Positions 1-10,641 of a DNA stretch of 64,000 nt are shown in pieces; the stretch's first letter is position 1; each line of letters starts with the position of its first letter. The position numbers and the translations under genes are program-made. The DNA is from an uncultured virus (IMG/VR IMGVR_UViG_3300046462_000389) (Duplodnaviria; Heunggongvirae; Uroviricota; Caudoviricetes): IMG/VR virus record IMGVR_UViG_3300046462_000389, one strand, 5' to 3'. Below the pieces are notes generated by a model. It saw only the letters and a list, made by a program, of their open reading frames with translations, was not told the origin of the DNA and ran no database searches.

Positions 1-2
1 TC

Positions 3-137
3 ACCACCAACAACAACTCCTTCGATCACTCGGTACAGGTGGCCAGCGTGACGGTCAAGGCAGACAACCCCCGGACGATGTTGACCGAGCTGGAGCGAGA
101 GGCCCGGTTCGCTGCTCTGACGGGGACGAAGAAGTGA
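3..137 (+). CDS. 3' end of probable tape measure protein (partial)
   Basis: Frame 3 reads TTNNNSFDHSVQVASVTVKADNPRTMLTELEREARFAALTGTKK*; TGA overlaps GTG of the next tail gene; position before a Dit-like gene. Confidence 0.6.
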   Translation, partial: TTNNNSFDHSVQVASVTVKADNPRTMLTELEREARFAALTGTKK

Positions 138-619
138 CCACCATCCGCACTGGTCCGATCCAGCTGCCGAATGACTTCGACGACGAGGTCGACTTCGACG
201 CCCAGATTGCCTACGGCACGCAGTGGCAGTCCATCAACGACCACATCAACTTCCGGGTGGCTTCTGAAAGCTTTGGGACCACCGGTCAGACCTACCGCAG
301 GATCGAGCTGAGCAGCTCCTTCTACGCCGGTACCTACGACGTGAACCACGTGCCGGATGCCCAGAAGCGGAACATGGTGGTCTGGGTGAAGGGTCGAAAC
401 TTCGAGGACCTGGCCACTGCCCGGGATCAGCTGGTCACCTGGTTCACCCAGGACGACTTCATCCTGCGGATCGTTCGGGGTGACACGTATGAGTACTGGG
501 AGTGCCACTGTGCCGACTACCAGATCGACGAGTCCCAGGCCATGATGTTCAACCGGATGTGCAAGCTCAGCTTCACGATGTCGGTGATGCCTGGCGTCCA
601 GACATACGTGGTGCTCTGA
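134..619 (+). CDS. Distal tail (Dit-like) minor tail protein
   Basis: 161 aa, beta-rich, directly after the putative tape measure, coupled start. Confidence 0.55.
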   Translation: MTTIRTGPIQLPNDFDDEVDFDAQIAYGTQWQSINDHINFRVASESFGTTGQTYRRIELSSSFYAGTYDVNHVPDAQKRNMVVWVKGRNFEDLATARDQLVTWFTQDDFILRIVRGDTYEYWECHCADYQIDESQAMMFNRMCKLSFTMSVMPGVQTYVVL

Positions 620-1050
620 TGCCAGCAGGACCCACTGCTTCTGGCCTGGACTATCTCGCTAATCTGATGACGACTGGCGAGACAGCGGTCCCCTGGTACT
701 ACCTCGCGTTGATCCCAGAGATCGAGCCAGGCTTCTCCTCGACCGGTGAGACCATCACCGAGCCAGCCTTCGACGAGTACGCACGGGTCGGGATTCTCAA
801 CCAGTCGTCAGCCTGGAACGTGAGCAACGGGGTGCTCACCAACTCCTATGAGGTGGACTTCCCGATGGCGATCGGTGAGTGGGGGAGCATCGCCTACTGG
901 GCTGTTCTGGATGACCCGGTCGGTGGTCGAGCCTTTTGGGTTGGTGAGTTCGGGACACCCTTCTACGTCGGTGCCGGAGGTATTGTCACCTGCGCCCCCG
1001 GCACGTTCTCCCTCTGGTTCGAGGGCAACCAGTGGAAGATGGGCCAGTGA
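619..1050 (+). CDS. Small tail fibre/baseplate-associated protein
   Basis: TGATG-coupled start at 619; YARV..N..DFP.A.GEWG.I.YWA..D...GG pattern; paralog of 4153-4521. Confidence 0.6.
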   Translation: MPAGPTASGLDYLANLMTTGETAVPWYYLALIPEIEPGFSSTGETITEPAFDEYARVGILNQSSAWNVSNGVLTNSYEVDFPMAIGEWGSIAYWAVLDDPVGGRAFWVGEFGTPFYVGAGGIVTCAPGTFSLWFEGNQWKMGQ

Positions 1051-1937
1051 GTGTCACTCCCTGGGGTTTTCTCTCGCCCACTGTCGACTACACGAAGACA
1101 CCATCCACTCAGCCGATCGACCGTCTGGTCCCACGCCGGACGATCTCGCTGACGCCAGAGGACGCCATCATGCTGAACGGCTTTCCCCGGGTGCCGAAGA
1201 GCGGCGTGATGGCCCGAGCGATGTTCAGCACTGATGGCGTGTACTACACGGAGCGGAAGTCCTTCGACGACATCAACCACGACTCCTGGGCGTCGTTCGT
1301 CGGCTCATCGGTCTACTGGGATCCGGTCGCTGGCATCTGGTCTCCGATCCGGTCCAACTCCCCGGTGCTCTACCAGTTCACTGGTGTGCCGGGGACCACG
1401 CCTGTGCTGGACACGCTGGAGTACCGCTCCGGCAAGGAGTTGATGACCAACGACGCTCTGGTCTTCGACAACACGGTGACCTTGTCAGCTCAGTTCAACG
1501 AGGGTCTGGACGATGCGACAAGATTCACCCTGGCGATGGCACTGTTCTGCCAGGACTCAGGACCGAACACCGTCATCACGTTCGCAGATGGTGCAACAGT
1601 CGGGGTCACCCCGACCGGGCTGACTGCCACTATGGACGGGATCACCTGGGACGTACCAATCAAGACGGGGCCGATGAGACTCGGACCACTCTTCTTGATC
1701 CTGGAGCTGAAACCTCCGACCGCCAACCTCTACGCCGGATACAGCCCGACCAACATCTCTTGGGGAAGCTCAGTGATCTCTCGGAACACGACGCGATTCG
1801 CCTTCACTGTGGGGTCTCCGATGAGTCTGTTCGCACTGGATGTCTGGGGTGACGGTGCTCCAATCGCCTCTCAGATCGTCTCTGACTACGCCAGCGTGCT
1901 CGGTAACACCGACTCCCCGGTGGCGATGTTCGCATGA
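1047..1937 (+). CDS. Minor tail protein
   Basis: GTG overlapping the previous stop; beta-rich C-terminal half; lies in the tail operon. Confidence 0.5.
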   Translation: MSVTPWGFLSPTVDYTKTPSTQPIDRLVPRRTISLTPEDAIMLNGFPRVPKSGVMARAMFSTDGVYYTERKSFDDINHDSWASFVGSSVYWDPVAGIWSPIRSNSPVLYQFTGVPGTTPVLDTLEYRSGKELMTNDALVFDNTVTLSAQFNEGLDDATRFTLAMALFCQDSGPNTVITFADGATVGVTPTGLTATMDGITWDVPIKTGPMRLGPLFLILELKPPTANLYAGYSPTNISWGSSVISRNTTRFAFTVGSPMSLFALDVWGDGAPIASQIVSDYASVLGNTDSPVAMFA

Positions 1938-4153
1938 GCAGCGCCCCCAGGCTGTACCAGCAGGCCGGAGGATCTGGCTATTTCCGGATCTGGGCCAAGA
2001 GCCCGAGCGGTGTGTCGACCGAGATCACTTTCGTCCGGGACGTGCCGACCATCATTGACTCGATGTCGACTGCAGACCCGTTCAGTGACTCCTCTGCCTC
2101 GCTGTCCTTCAGCGCAGTGACCGGGTTCGATCGCCCGGGTAACGGGATGCTGAGCTGGCTGGTGCCGTACTCCCAGATCACCATCCGCTGGTACGACATG
2201 ACCGAAGTGGTGGTCAACGGTGTGTCGACGACTGTTCCGGTGGTGAACCCGAACTGGGTCTGGGAGGGATACATCGCCTCTGAAGAGATCGGCCAGCCAT
2301 ACCAGGTCCAGTGCAAGGGTGCGTTGTTCCAGGCAGACAACTTCCTGGCTGAGCCGCTCTACCCGACCTACCCGATCCCGTACGAGACGATGATCTCCAA
2401 GATGCTGGATCCGGTCTCCCGGCCCACTATCGGTACGTCCAAGCTCGTGGTCGAGTACCCGAGTGACTGGGCTACCAAGGTGCCGACCTTCAAAGAGCCG
2501 AGCTACCTGTGGTTCCTGGTCCCCCAGGGGCTGGCTACCGGCGCGAACTGGTCCGGGCTGACCACCCGCGACACTGGCTCCTGGAACCCGATCATGACCG
2601 GCTACATCCAGAACCTGCTGGCCACGATGTACACGCCAACAGGGGAGCAGTGGACCCTGATGAAGCGGGTCGGCAGAGTGCCGGTACTGATGGTGCGTAA
2701 CCGGGTCATCTTTCCCGATTCCCAGACCTTGGTGGTCTACTACGAGGCTCCAGGCACCAAGAGCTCCTTCTCCCGCGACTTCACCCAGACCGCCAATGTC
2801 ATCTACGGCGACGGCAAGGACCTGGCCGGATCGACCTTCACCGGGATGCAGATCGCGGCTGACCAGACCACCTGGTACGAGCCGTACTCGGCTCTGCCCC
2901 AGGTCTATCCGGCCAACGCCTCGAACCCTCGCTGGCTGAAGACGATGCCGGTCAAGGAGATGCACTTCTCGTTCCAGCAGGGGATGGATGAGCTGACCGC
3001 GAAGGACACCGCCTACGCCCAGCTGCAGAAGTTCGCTGACCCCGGCTACACCGGCAGCATCACGATCCAGAGTGATCCGATGCGAGACGGCCAGCCCTTC
3101 AACAAGTTCCTGATCCAGGCGGGCCAGAGTGTGCTGCTGAAGAACTTCCGGGGTGGTGATGTGCTGTTCCATATCGCTGCCGTCACGGTGTCGCCGGAGG
3201 AGAACTCGGTCAGTCTGACGGTCGACAACAAGTACCGGGACGCGCTGACGGTCGGTGAGGTCAGGGCCAGAACACGTGACGCGTTGGACCCGATCAACCT
3301 GCTCAAGCCGGGATCAGTGTCTGGTGTCGTCAACGACATGCTCAAGCCGTGGAGCTACGCGAACGGCTCTGGTGTCATCCCCAGTGGTGGTAACAACGAT
3401 GCCACCCCCTTCTTCAAGTCGATGCCAGCAACCTCGGTCTTCCCCTGGACAGACTGGACGGCGAAGTACCCGCCGAAGAAGTTCCCGCAGTACTACATCA
3501 AGGTCAGCCGGAAGAGCGCGTCAGCGTCTGATCGCTGGCAGGACTACTGGGGGACCTACAAGGTCAGGCCGAAGTTCGCTGTCTCGGTACCGATCAAGGG
3601 CGCTGAGGCTGGCACCATCCGACTGACCCAGATCGCTGCTTACGACCGGGACGGCAAACAGGTTCCGTGCCGGTTCCACTTCGCCATCTACGACAACAAC
3701 GGGGTGACCGTTCAGGCCATGCCGATGATCCCGGCTGGCGTCAAGGGCCTGCCTACTGGCTACGCGGCGGGCCAGTACTACCCGTTCTTCCCTGCCGCCT
3801 TCAACAACTACAAGCCGTCCGGAGAGCTGACGACCCAGGGTGGTGTGCTGCTCAGCAGTGGTTCCACGATGTTCGCTGGCTGGGGGACATCCGAGGAGCC
3901 AGCTGGCTACTCTCCGGGGACCAAGGGAACCGGTAGTGCGGTGACTGGCAGGCTGGAGGACGCCGCCTCCTGGTCCTTCGACACCGCGACGAACGACAAG
4001 AACTTCGACAAGTCTTCGGCCCAGAACGTGGCAGGTTACAAGACTGCCGGTTACATGTACTGCATGCTGTTCCAGGACGATCTCCCAGAGGCCTACTTCA
4101 TCGGTCGGCTCTGGAAGGACCCAGCAACAGCTCCGACTGGCGGTGGCGGCTAG
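1934..4153 (+). CDS. Large minor tail protein (Tal/baseplate hub-like)
   Basis: 739 aa, coupled start, WVWEGYI..E motif and position typical of siphovirus hub proteins. Confidence 0.6.
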   Translation: MSSAPRLYQQAGGSGYFRIWAKSPSGVSTEITFVRDVPTIIDSMSTADPFSDSSASLSFSAVTGFDRPGNGMLSWLVPYSQITIRWYDMTEVVVNGVSTTVPVVNPNWVWEGYIASEEIGQPYQVQCKGALFQADNFLAEPLYPTYPIPYETMISKMLDPVSRPTIGTSKLVVEYPSDWATKVPTFKEPSYLWFLVPQGLATGANWSGLTTRDTGSWNPIMTGYIQNLLATMYTPTGEQWTLMKRVGRVPVLMVRNRVIFPDSQTLVVYYEAPGTKSSFSRDFTQTANVIYGDGKDLAGSTFTGMQIAADQTTWYEPYSALPQVYPANASNPRWLKTMPVKEMHFSFQQGMDELTAKDTAYAQLQKFADPGYTGSITIQSDPMRDGQPFNKFLIQAGQSVLLKNFRGGDVLFHIAAVTVSPEENSVSLTVDNKYRDALTVGEVRARTRDALDPINLLKPGSVSGVVNDMLKPWSYANGSGVIPSGGNNDATPFFKSMPATSVFPWTDWTAKYPPKKFPQYYIKVSRKSASASDRWQDYWGTYKVRPKFAVSVPIKGAEAGTIRLTQIAAYDRDGKQVPCRFHFAIYDNNGVTVQAMPMIPAGVKGLPTGYAAGQYYPFFPAAFNNYKPSGELTTQGGVLLSSGSTMFAGWGTSEEPAGYSPGTKGTGSAVTGRLEDAASWSFDTATNDKNFDKSSAQNVAGYKTAGYMYCMLFQDDLPEAYFIGRLWKDPATAPTGGGG

Positions 4154-4521
4154 TGGCAAACTACGGCACGTTTTCGAGCTACCAGGTCGAGATCTGGCTG
4201 GCGACGCTGAACAATCGGTACGTCGCCCTGCACTTCGACAACCCGGAGACCACCGGGGCCTACATGTCAGAGATCCACGGCGGTGCCTACGCCCGCCAGC
4301 TGGTCCAGATGAGCGCTCCGGACAATCGGGCTACCTGGAACGTCAACGACTTGTCCTGGTCCGTCCCACCTGCCACCAGGATCTCCTACGTCGCCTTCTG
4401 GGACGCGGTCGTCAACGGTAACTACCTCTGCTCCGCCCCACTCGATGTCGAGCAGACCATCGTGGCCGGTAAGCGGTTCGACTACCCGGCCCTGAGCCTG
4501 GCGCTGAGCTTCGACTCCTAG
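4153..4521 (+). CDS. Small tail fibre-family protein
   Basis: YVALHFDNP..EI.GGAYARQ..ISYVAFWDA..GNYL pattern; paralog of 619-1050. Confidence 0.6.
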   Translation: MANYGTFSSYQVEIWLATLNNRYVALHFDNPETTGAYMSEIHGGAYARQLVQMSAPDNRATWNVNDLSWSVPPATRISYVAFWDAVVNGNYLCSAPLDVEQTIVAGKRFDYPALSLALSFDS

Positions 4522-5996
4522 CTGAGGGAGAACACGTTGTCTTCCTGCTTGACCACCTGACCGTCGATCCGGTCGTACTGACTCTTGACGTTGTCCTCCA
4601 CCGCGTGGGTCATCCAGTTGTTGTTCACCTTCGGCGGGGCGAACGGAGAGACGATCGGGAACCGGTTGGCCACCATCTTCCAGGCCAGCGCGGAGGAGCA
4701 CACCTCGTCGGGCAGGTGGAACTCCTTGGACCGGGAGAACATGTCGTCGGTCGACACGTGCTTGTGCGCGGTGTAGATCGAGTCGATCCGAGAGGCCCGG
4801 ACCCACTTCCGCTCCACGGCTGAGACGTACTCGCTGAGCATGTTGTCCCGTTGTGCGCCGGTCATCAAGAAGTTGCGGACCCGGTCCTCCAGGTAGTCCG
4901 CCACCACTCCACCCAGCCCGGTGGCGTCGTGAATGCCCTCCGCGTGGTAGCGCTTCTGCAGGGCGTTGAAGTAGCCCACCATCAGTGGGTAGGGACGGCG
5001 CTGCATCCGGACGTAGTAGGCCAGTCTGATCGGGGTCTCAGTGGCGTCCCAGACGGTGATGACGGTCCAGTCCACGTCCCTGGCCCAGTCGGCGGCGATC
5101 ACGTAGTCACGGATCACCTCAGGCTGCAGGATCAGGTACTCCTGGTGGTCACGAGTCAGCTTCAGCGGTTCCGGAGCTGGGGCGTCGAACATGAACTCGA
5201 CCGCCTCGGAGTCGATGGCCCGGTTGCCGATCGAAGGCTCACCGAGCTCGTACTCCACCCGCCAGGTTTCCCGGGAGACGGTCCGGCGCTTGTTCTCGAT
5301 GGCCTCCTGACTCAGCCACCCGTCGATCGGGTTCGAGGTGTCCTTGTAGCAGAACTCATAGATCGGCAGACCCTCTTCGCGGAACTTGGCCATCGCCTTG
5401 GTCATCGTGGAGTCCGCGTACTGGTGGGTGCTGACGGCGATGGTGTTGGCCGGGATCTCCACCCCGAGCCAGTTCTTCTGCGGCATCGGCTGGCCCAGCG
5501 CAGCCTCGTAGATCGATTCGTCCATCTCGTCGATCTCGTCCAGCGCCAGGAACGCCGGGTGAGGACCACGAACCGTCTTCTGGGATGCGGTCAGCGGCCG
5601 GATCTTTGCTCCGTTGGTCAGCTTGATCTCGGTCTTGTTGTCGCTCAGGATCATGTAGCTGGGTGCGTCCTGGTAGCGCCAGGCTCGGCTCATCGACTCG
5701 ATCACGTTGTTCGACTGGGCCAGCGAGCCACCCAGCACGTTGACATCACAGCCCCAGACCACAGCCTTGGTCAGGGCCAGCAGAGACATCATCACGCTCT
5801 TGCCGCTCAGGCCACGAGAACCCTTGACCAGCACCTGAGGCTCACGACCGAAGAAGGCGGTGGAGAAGGCGTCGAAGGGTGCCTGGTGCTCTGCGCAGAC
5901 CTTATGTCGTGGCACCGTGAATCCCCAGAGCGACTGGACCAGTTGGTAGAGCTCGTCGTCGTTACGAGGTGGGCGGGTCAGGTGGATCCTGGTCAT
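4518..5996 (-). CDS. terL: Terminase large subunit
   Basis: Walker A GSRGLSGKS, Walker B FLALDEIDE, nuclease motif IAADWARDVDWTV and C-terminal HLPDE. Confidence 0.9.
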   Translation of the reverse strand: MTRIHLTRPPRNDDELYQLVQSLWGFTVPRHKVCAEHQAPFDAFSTAFFGREPQVLVKGSRGLSGKSVMMSLLALTKAVVWGCDVNVLGGSLAQSNNVIESMSRAWRYQDAPSYMILSDNKTEIKLTNGAKIRPLTASQKTVRGPHPAFLALDEIDEMDESIYEAALGQPMPQKNWLGVEIPANTIAVSTHQYADSTMTKAMAKFREEGLPIYEFCYKDTSNPIDGWLSQEAIENKRRTVSRETWRVEYELGEPSIGNRAIDSEAVEFMFDAPAPEPLKLTRDHQEYLILQPEVIRDYVIAADWARDVDWTVITVWDATETPIRLAYYVRMQRRPYPLMVGYFNALQKRYHAEGIHDATGLGGVVADYLEDRVRNFLMTGAQRDNMLSEYVSAVERKWVRASRIDSIYTAHKHVSTDDMFSRSKEFHLPDEVCSSALAWKMVANRFPIVSPFAPPKVNNNWMTHAVEDNVKSQYDRIDGQVVKQEDNVFSLS

Positions 5997-6228
5997 TCTT
6001 GCCCTTCTGGATGGAGGTACCAGCCAAGTATCCGATGAGCGCGCCCACGATGGTGTTGATGATGTCTGCGATCCCCCGTGCTACCTCAGTCAGGTCCTCC
6101 TCGGGGTGTAGCACGAAGGTGATGATCAGAGTCACCCCGGTACTGATGATGAGTACCCCAGCGCAACTGGCCAGGATCAAGATGACGATCTCTCCAGCAG
6201 GGCGCTCCCGTAACTTCTTCGATGGCAC
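5962..6228 (-). CDS. Small two-TM membrane protein (holin-like)
   Basis: Two hydrophobic segments, IVGALIGYLAG, charged C-terminus. Confidence 0.55.
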   Translation of the reverse strand: MPSKKLRERPAGEIVILILASCAGVLIISTGVTLIITFVLHPEEDLTEVARGIADIINTIVGALIGYLAGTSIQKGKNDQDPPDPPTS

Positions 6229-6264
6229 TCTTCCTCCGCTCGGCTCCCGGGCGGAAGAAGCGGT

Positions 6265-7857
6265 CTAGCCCACTACGGTCACGGTAGCTGGCCGCTCTCC
6301 GGTGCCGGGTGAGTAGCGAGCCACCACGGTCCCTGAGGGCGTGCCTGCAGGCAGTGGGTCCCCGGTGTGCAGAGCTAGCACGTTACCGACCGGTAGGGAC
6401 AGGTTCAGGGTCTGCACGGGCCAGTTGCCGGAGATCTCGGCGTCCAGTGCTCCAGCGGTGACCTGCCCGACCTGCAGTCGGTAGTTGTTGTTCGGGTTGG
6501 GCAGCAGATCGGTAGTTGCCACGTAGGGGGTCTGGTAGGTGCCGTAGACCATGATGGTCAGCTGGGTCTGGGTCAGCCCACTGCCGCTGGTGACTTGAGT
6601 CAGTCCGGCCAGCTCGATCACCTTGGCGCTGTTGACAGTGGCGACACCAGCTCCCAGGGTGGTGCCATCAGGACGCAGGGCCGACCAGGAACCGAAGATG
6701 CCGGTGTAGATGCCGTTGGAGGCAGTGGCGTCGACGAAGGCCAGAGACGACCCGTTGAGCCAGTTGGTGATGGTCATCATCACCGAGACGTTGTCCGGGG
6801 TCACCGGTCTGGCCTGAGCGTTGACCACCATCGCCCCAGTCGTGATCGGGGTGTTGGTGGCATCGAAGACGGTCACCGCGAACGGGCTCCAGGGGAGCGG
6901 GTTGTACGGGTCCATCTTGTAGATCAGCCTGCCGGTGGCATCCAGCCAGGAGACCGCCTGGTTGCTGACCTGCACCGCGCTGCCGTTGTCGGAGACGTTC
7001 AGCAGCTCCAGCACGTTGTCGGTCGAGGACCGCATGTAGGTCGCGGCGTAGTTGTAGCCGCTCAGCACGTCATGGTTGTGCACGGTCGGCGCTGCACCGA
7101 TCGAGATAGCGGTGAGGATGACATCACCGGTCAGCGCGTTGACTGAGGTGACCGAGAAATCTGAGGAGATCACCTTCCAGTTGCTCAGTACGGTCGGGTC
7201 AGAGGCTCCCAGGACATAGGAGCGTCCTTGGTCCGGTCTGATACAGATGTCGCCCATCTGAGCGAACAGGGCCATCATCTCGGTGTCGCTCTGAGCCGAG
7301 TAGCTGTTCTGGAACCTGATGGCCGGGATCTCGCCAATCGGGATCACGCCATTGATGAGCTCAGGCACCGTGACACCGATGTCGGTGACATTCACCTTCG
7401 TGGTGATCAGCGTGGTGTTGCTACTCACCAGGAGCGAGAGTGCCGCCAGTTGGTTGTAGATCGACCGGTCCAGATCGCCCGCGATGGCCTGTACGTCGGA
7501 GAGGGTCGGGTAGACACCCGGCGTCGGAGGTGGCGGCTCGGTCGGGTACAGCGTGGGTAGTGAGACGACATCCGGGGAGTCCGGTCCGAGTGCGATCCAC
7601 CAGGACTGAATGATGGTCCGCCCGACCAGCTCCTCGACCAGATAGAGGAAGTTGTCCGGGACCAGGTCGGTCTGCTGCGGGTAGAGATCGACGCTGAAGT
7701 CACCGTCGCCGTTGGTCAGGGCGTAGACAGGTTCTCCCAGCACGATGATGTTCTCGGTGCTGTTCTTCAGCGCAGATGACGGGGTGAAGCGCAGCTCGAT
7801 CTTCGCCGCGTTGCCCTCCGGATCGAGGTAGCGCCCAGTGAGCTCGATGGTCCTCAT
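6265..7857 (-). CDS. Minor tail/fibre protein
   Basis: 530 aa; VTSVNALTGDVIL fibre motif; N-terminal domain shared with 7858-8169. Confidence 0.65.
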   Translation of the reverse strand: MRTIELTGRYLDPEGNAAKIELRFTPSSALKNSTENIIVLGEPVYALTNGDGDFSVDLYPQQTDLVPDNFLYLVEELVGRTIIQSWWIALGPDSPDVVSLPTLYPTEPPPPTPGVYPTLSDVQAIAGDLDRSIYNQLAALSLLVSSNTTLITTKVNVTDIGVTVPELINGVIPIGEIPAIRFQNSYSAQSDTEMMALFAQMGDICIRPDQGRSYVLGASDPTVLSNWKVISSDFSVTSVNALTGDVILTAISIGAAPTVHNHDVLSGYNYAATYMRSSTDNVLELLNVSDNGSAVQVSNQAVSWLDATGRLIYKMDPYNPLPWSPFAVTVFDATNTPITTGAMVVNAQARPVTPDNVSVMMTITNWLNGSSLAFVDATASNGIYTGIFGSWSALRPDGTTLGAGVATVNSAKVIELAGLTQVTSGSGLTQTQLTIMVYGTYQTPYVATTDLLPNPNNNYRLQVGQVTAGALDAEISGNWPVQTLNLSLPVGNVLALHTGDPLPAGTPSGTVVARYSPGTGERPATVTVVG

Positions 7858-8169
7858 CTAGGGTCCTCCCACTGGCCGGATGTCAGCGTACTGGTAGTCA
7901 GCCTGGTCCGATGGGAGGGTGAACAGCACCTTCCCACCCAGGAGGGATGTCTCGTAGACCATCCAGACCCAGTCCTTGGTATTCAGCATCTCCGAGTTGT
8001 CCGGCAGATCGACACTCACCTGACTGACCCCCGGGCTGATGTTCTGGGTCAGGGCGTAGACCGGCTCACCGACCACCACGTCTCCGGTGGAGTCGGTGAA
8101 CCGCTGACGGGACGGTGTGAAGACAACGGTGGCCAGATCACCGATCACCGTGCCCGAGACGCTGATCAC
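7858..8169 (-). CDS. Small structural protein paralogous to the N-terminus of 6265-7857
   Basis: GTG at 8169 after the upstream stop; shares FTPS, GEPVYALT, SVDL. Confidence 0.6.
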   Translation of the reverse strand: MISVSGTVIGDLATVVFTPSRQRFTDSTGDVVVGEPVYALTQNISPGVSQVSVDLPDNSEMLNTKDWVWMVYETSLLGGKVLFTLPSDQADYQYADIRPVGGP

Positions 8170-8173
8170 CGCA

Positions 8174-9193
8174 CTACCTGACGTAGGTGACTGTGATCCG
8201 CCCAGTGCCGGTCCCAGACCCGTAGAAGGTGCCGCAGTACTTGTCGGTGTCATGGTCGCCAGAGCCCTGCTGAGAGGTGATCCCCAGGCCGACGATGCTG
8301 CCACTGAGCATGCCTGGGAAGAAGGACGACGGAACACCGACCTGCAGGGTCTGGCCGTGGTTTGCGCTCTGCCAGCCGCTGTCGGTGATCAGGATCTTGC
8401 TCATCGGGTTGGTGGTCGGCTGGTTCTGCAGGGAGTGCCCGAAGATGTGGAACTGGGTGGCTCCGTTGTAGTCCCACTGGGGGTGACGCTGGATCTGCAC
8501 CTTCATCGAGGTGATGCTCTTCGCGCCCTTCAGCAGGCTCAGCATCCTGGTCGAGTAGAAGAGGAACCCGCGTCTGTTCTCCGGTGTCCCGATCCGCAGG
8601 TACTGGTCGGTGTTGTGGTCCCAGTAGCCGGAGGTGTTGTACCAAGACTTCGAGTACGACGGGTCGAGGATCGCGGTGTAGCTCTCCGGAGCTGCCACAC
8701 CGGTAGACAGGAACTTCTCGTAGCCGCTGACCGGAGTGGAGTAGTTGTGCGAGGTGTCCTCGGTCCAGGCGGTGACGTAGTAGGTCGACCCAGCGGTCAG
8801 CGAAGAACCATCGGCAGGGTAGTACTTGGTTCTGGTCTGGTTCGGGCTGATCAGCCAGTCCGACCAGTTGGCGTCAGCACCATCGGGTGTGTAGATGTAG
8901 TTGGCGTCGGTGTTGTTGTTGACCGACACCGCCTTGCCGACCTTGACCCGGACCCGGTAGGTATCGGGGTTGGCCGGTGCCTGCACAGTGATCTTCAGCG
9001 TGTTTCCGGTGATGCCCAGGGTCAGTGTCGGCGGGGATGGCGGAGCCAGGTCAGCTGTGTAGAACGAAGTCCAGACAGTGGCTGAAGTCTTCCGGTAGGC
9101 GGTCCGGACACGACTCCAGCCACTGGGAACCTTGGTCCAAGGCACACCGACAAGCCAGGAGCTGTCGTCTGTCTTGGTGTAGAACTGTCCCAC
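8174..9193 (-). CDS. Minor tail protein with FN3-like domain
   Basis: GAGGAG RBS; LTAGSTYYVTAWTED FN3-like motif. Confidence 0.65.
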   Translation of the reverse strand: MGQFYTKTDDSSWLVGVPWTKVPSGWSRVRTAYRKTSATVWTSFYTADLAPPSPPTLTLGITGNTLKITVQAPANPDTYRVRVKVGKAVSVNNNTDANYIYTPDGADANWSDWLISPNQTRTKYYPADGSSLTAGSTYYVTAWTEDTSHNYSTPVSGYEKFLSTGVAAPESYTAILDPSYSKSWYNTSGYWDHNTDQYLRIGTPENRRGFLFYSTRMLSLLKGAKSITSMKVQIQRHPQWDYNGATQFHIFGHSLQNQPTTNPMSKILITDSGWQSANHGQTLQVGVPSSFFPGMLSGSIVGLGITSQQGSGDHDTDKYCGTFYGSGTGTGRITVTYVR

Positions 9194-9206
9194 GGTAGCT
9201 CCTCAA

Positions 9207-9545
9207 TCAGTACTGCAGATACACGTCGCCCACGCCACCGAGGGTGCCTGCCGGAGCTGTCGTGCCGGTGAAGATCTGCTTCTCGGTCGGATAGATCCGG
9301 TGCCAGGCACCACCGACGTAGCCGAAGAAGGCACTCTGGTCAGCCACGTAGGCGACCATCCCGTTGACCGGGGTGAGGATCGCTCCGACCAGCTTGTTGG
9401 ACAGGTCGGTCATGGTGGCGAACCGCATCACCGAGAACGGCTCACCCTGGGTCGCCACCTTGTTGGAGAAGACGTACCCCTGGTTCAGGTTCTCCTGGTT
9501 GTTCGGAACGTCGATGTTGTTGATCGGTGTCTTGGTGTAACCCAT
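9207..9545 (-). CDS. Minor tail protein
   Basis: AGGAG RBS before ATG 9545; P.NGMVAYV.D...YVGGAW and GDVYLQY fibre motifs. Confidence 0.6.
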   Translation of the reverse strand: MGYTKTPINNIDVPNNQENLNQGYVFSNKVATQGEPFSVMRFATMTDLSNKLVGAILTPVNGMVAYVADQSAFFGYVGGAWHRIYPTEKQIFTGTTAPAGTLGGVGDVYLQY

Positions 9546-9553
9546 CTCTTCTC

Positions 9554-9925
9554 CTACATGCTCACCAGTGGGTACTTGGACAAGAAGCAGAACAAGGTGA
9601 CCAGCACGTTCGGCTTGATGGTCATGTAGCACTGCATCGTCCCAGCCATCGAGTACTTCAGCGGGGACATCACACCCTGACACGTCACCCAACCGGCGTC
9701 TTGGGACGGCAGGTAGTTCAGATCAGGCACCTGCACCTGCAAGGTACCGGCAGTACTCGGTGCGTCAGCAAAAATCATCGGCCAGGAGCCCAGCCCGATG
9801 TTGTCGGACCAGGTCAGCGGGAAGACACCACCAATCCCCCCGATCGTCGTCCCGTTGAACGTGAAGGTCGCGTTCAGCGAGTAGTAGGACGGGGCAGTGT
9901 CGGTCGTGATCCTGGTGACAGTCAC
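9554..9925 (-). CDS. Hypothetical structural protein
   Basis: 123 aa, beta-rich, packed in the operon. Confidence 0.5.
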   Translation of the reverse strand: MTVTRITTDTAPSYYSLNATFTFNGTTIGGIGGVFPLTWSDNIGLGSWPMIFADAPSTAGTLQVQVPDLNYLPSQDAGWVTCQGVMSPLKYSMAGTMQCYMTIKPNVLVTLFCFLSKYPLVSM

Positions 9926-9928
9926 GCA

Positions 9929-10633
9929 TCAGCCACCGATGTTGGCGTAGGTGGTGTTGTTGTTCACCAGGGCACCAGCCGGGCCGACCGGACCAGTTGG
10001 GCCAGTCTGACCGACCGGTCCAGCTGGACCCTGCGGACCAGCAGGCCCTTGTGCCCCTGGTCCGAGCTTGGTGCAGTAGAACTTGCTCTGCGTCGAGATG
10101 GCCACCGTGTCGGACTGGGTGGCCCGGAAGTTGATGAGCAACCCACCGGTCGTGGCCGAGAGGATGGTCCGCAGACACATCGAGGTGTCGATGTCGGGGA
10201 TGGCGTTCTGGGAGATCAGGTCCCAGTCGGCGTTGTTGTAGACGATGGTCAGCCGACGCCAGCCACCAGCATTCTGAGCAGACGGCTTGGTGAAGGTGGT
10301 GGACAGCTGCAGCGACCAGACTCCGACCGGGATAGCCAGCGCGGTAGTGGACGAGATCAGCCCGGCATCGTCACGAACCACGGTGGGCATCGTCAAGAGG
10401 GTCGGGGTGTTGGACGCGACGTTCTGTGGGTTGCCGAACGAGGTGGCGTAGGTCAGGTAGTTGTCGATCTGTCCCATCGGTCCCGGGATGCCCTGGGTGC
10501 CCTGCGGTCCGACCTGTCCTTGTGAACCCTGGGGACCGGTGGGTCCCTGTGGTCCGATCCCCTGGACTACTCCGGTCCTGACCTGGATGACATCCCCGGT
10601 GACGACACGGGTCACACTGGTTCCGCTGGCCAT
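9929..10633 (-). CDS. Collagen-like (GXY) minor tail protein
   Basis: Two GPQ/GPT triple-helix runs flanking a globular domain. Confidence 0.8.
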   Translation of the reverse strand: MASGTSVTRVVTGDVIQVRTGVVQGIGPQGPTGPQGSQGQVGPQGTQGIPGPMGQIDNYLTYATSFGNPQNVASNTPTLLTMPTVVRDDAGLISSTTALAIPVGVWSLQLSTTFTKPSAQNAGGWRRLTIVYNNADWDLISQNAIPDIDTSMCLRTILSATTGGLLINFRATQSDTVAISTQSKFYCTKLGPGAQGPAGPQGPAGPVGQTGPTGPVGPAGALVNNNTTYANIGG

Positions 10634-10641
10634 GGTTCTCC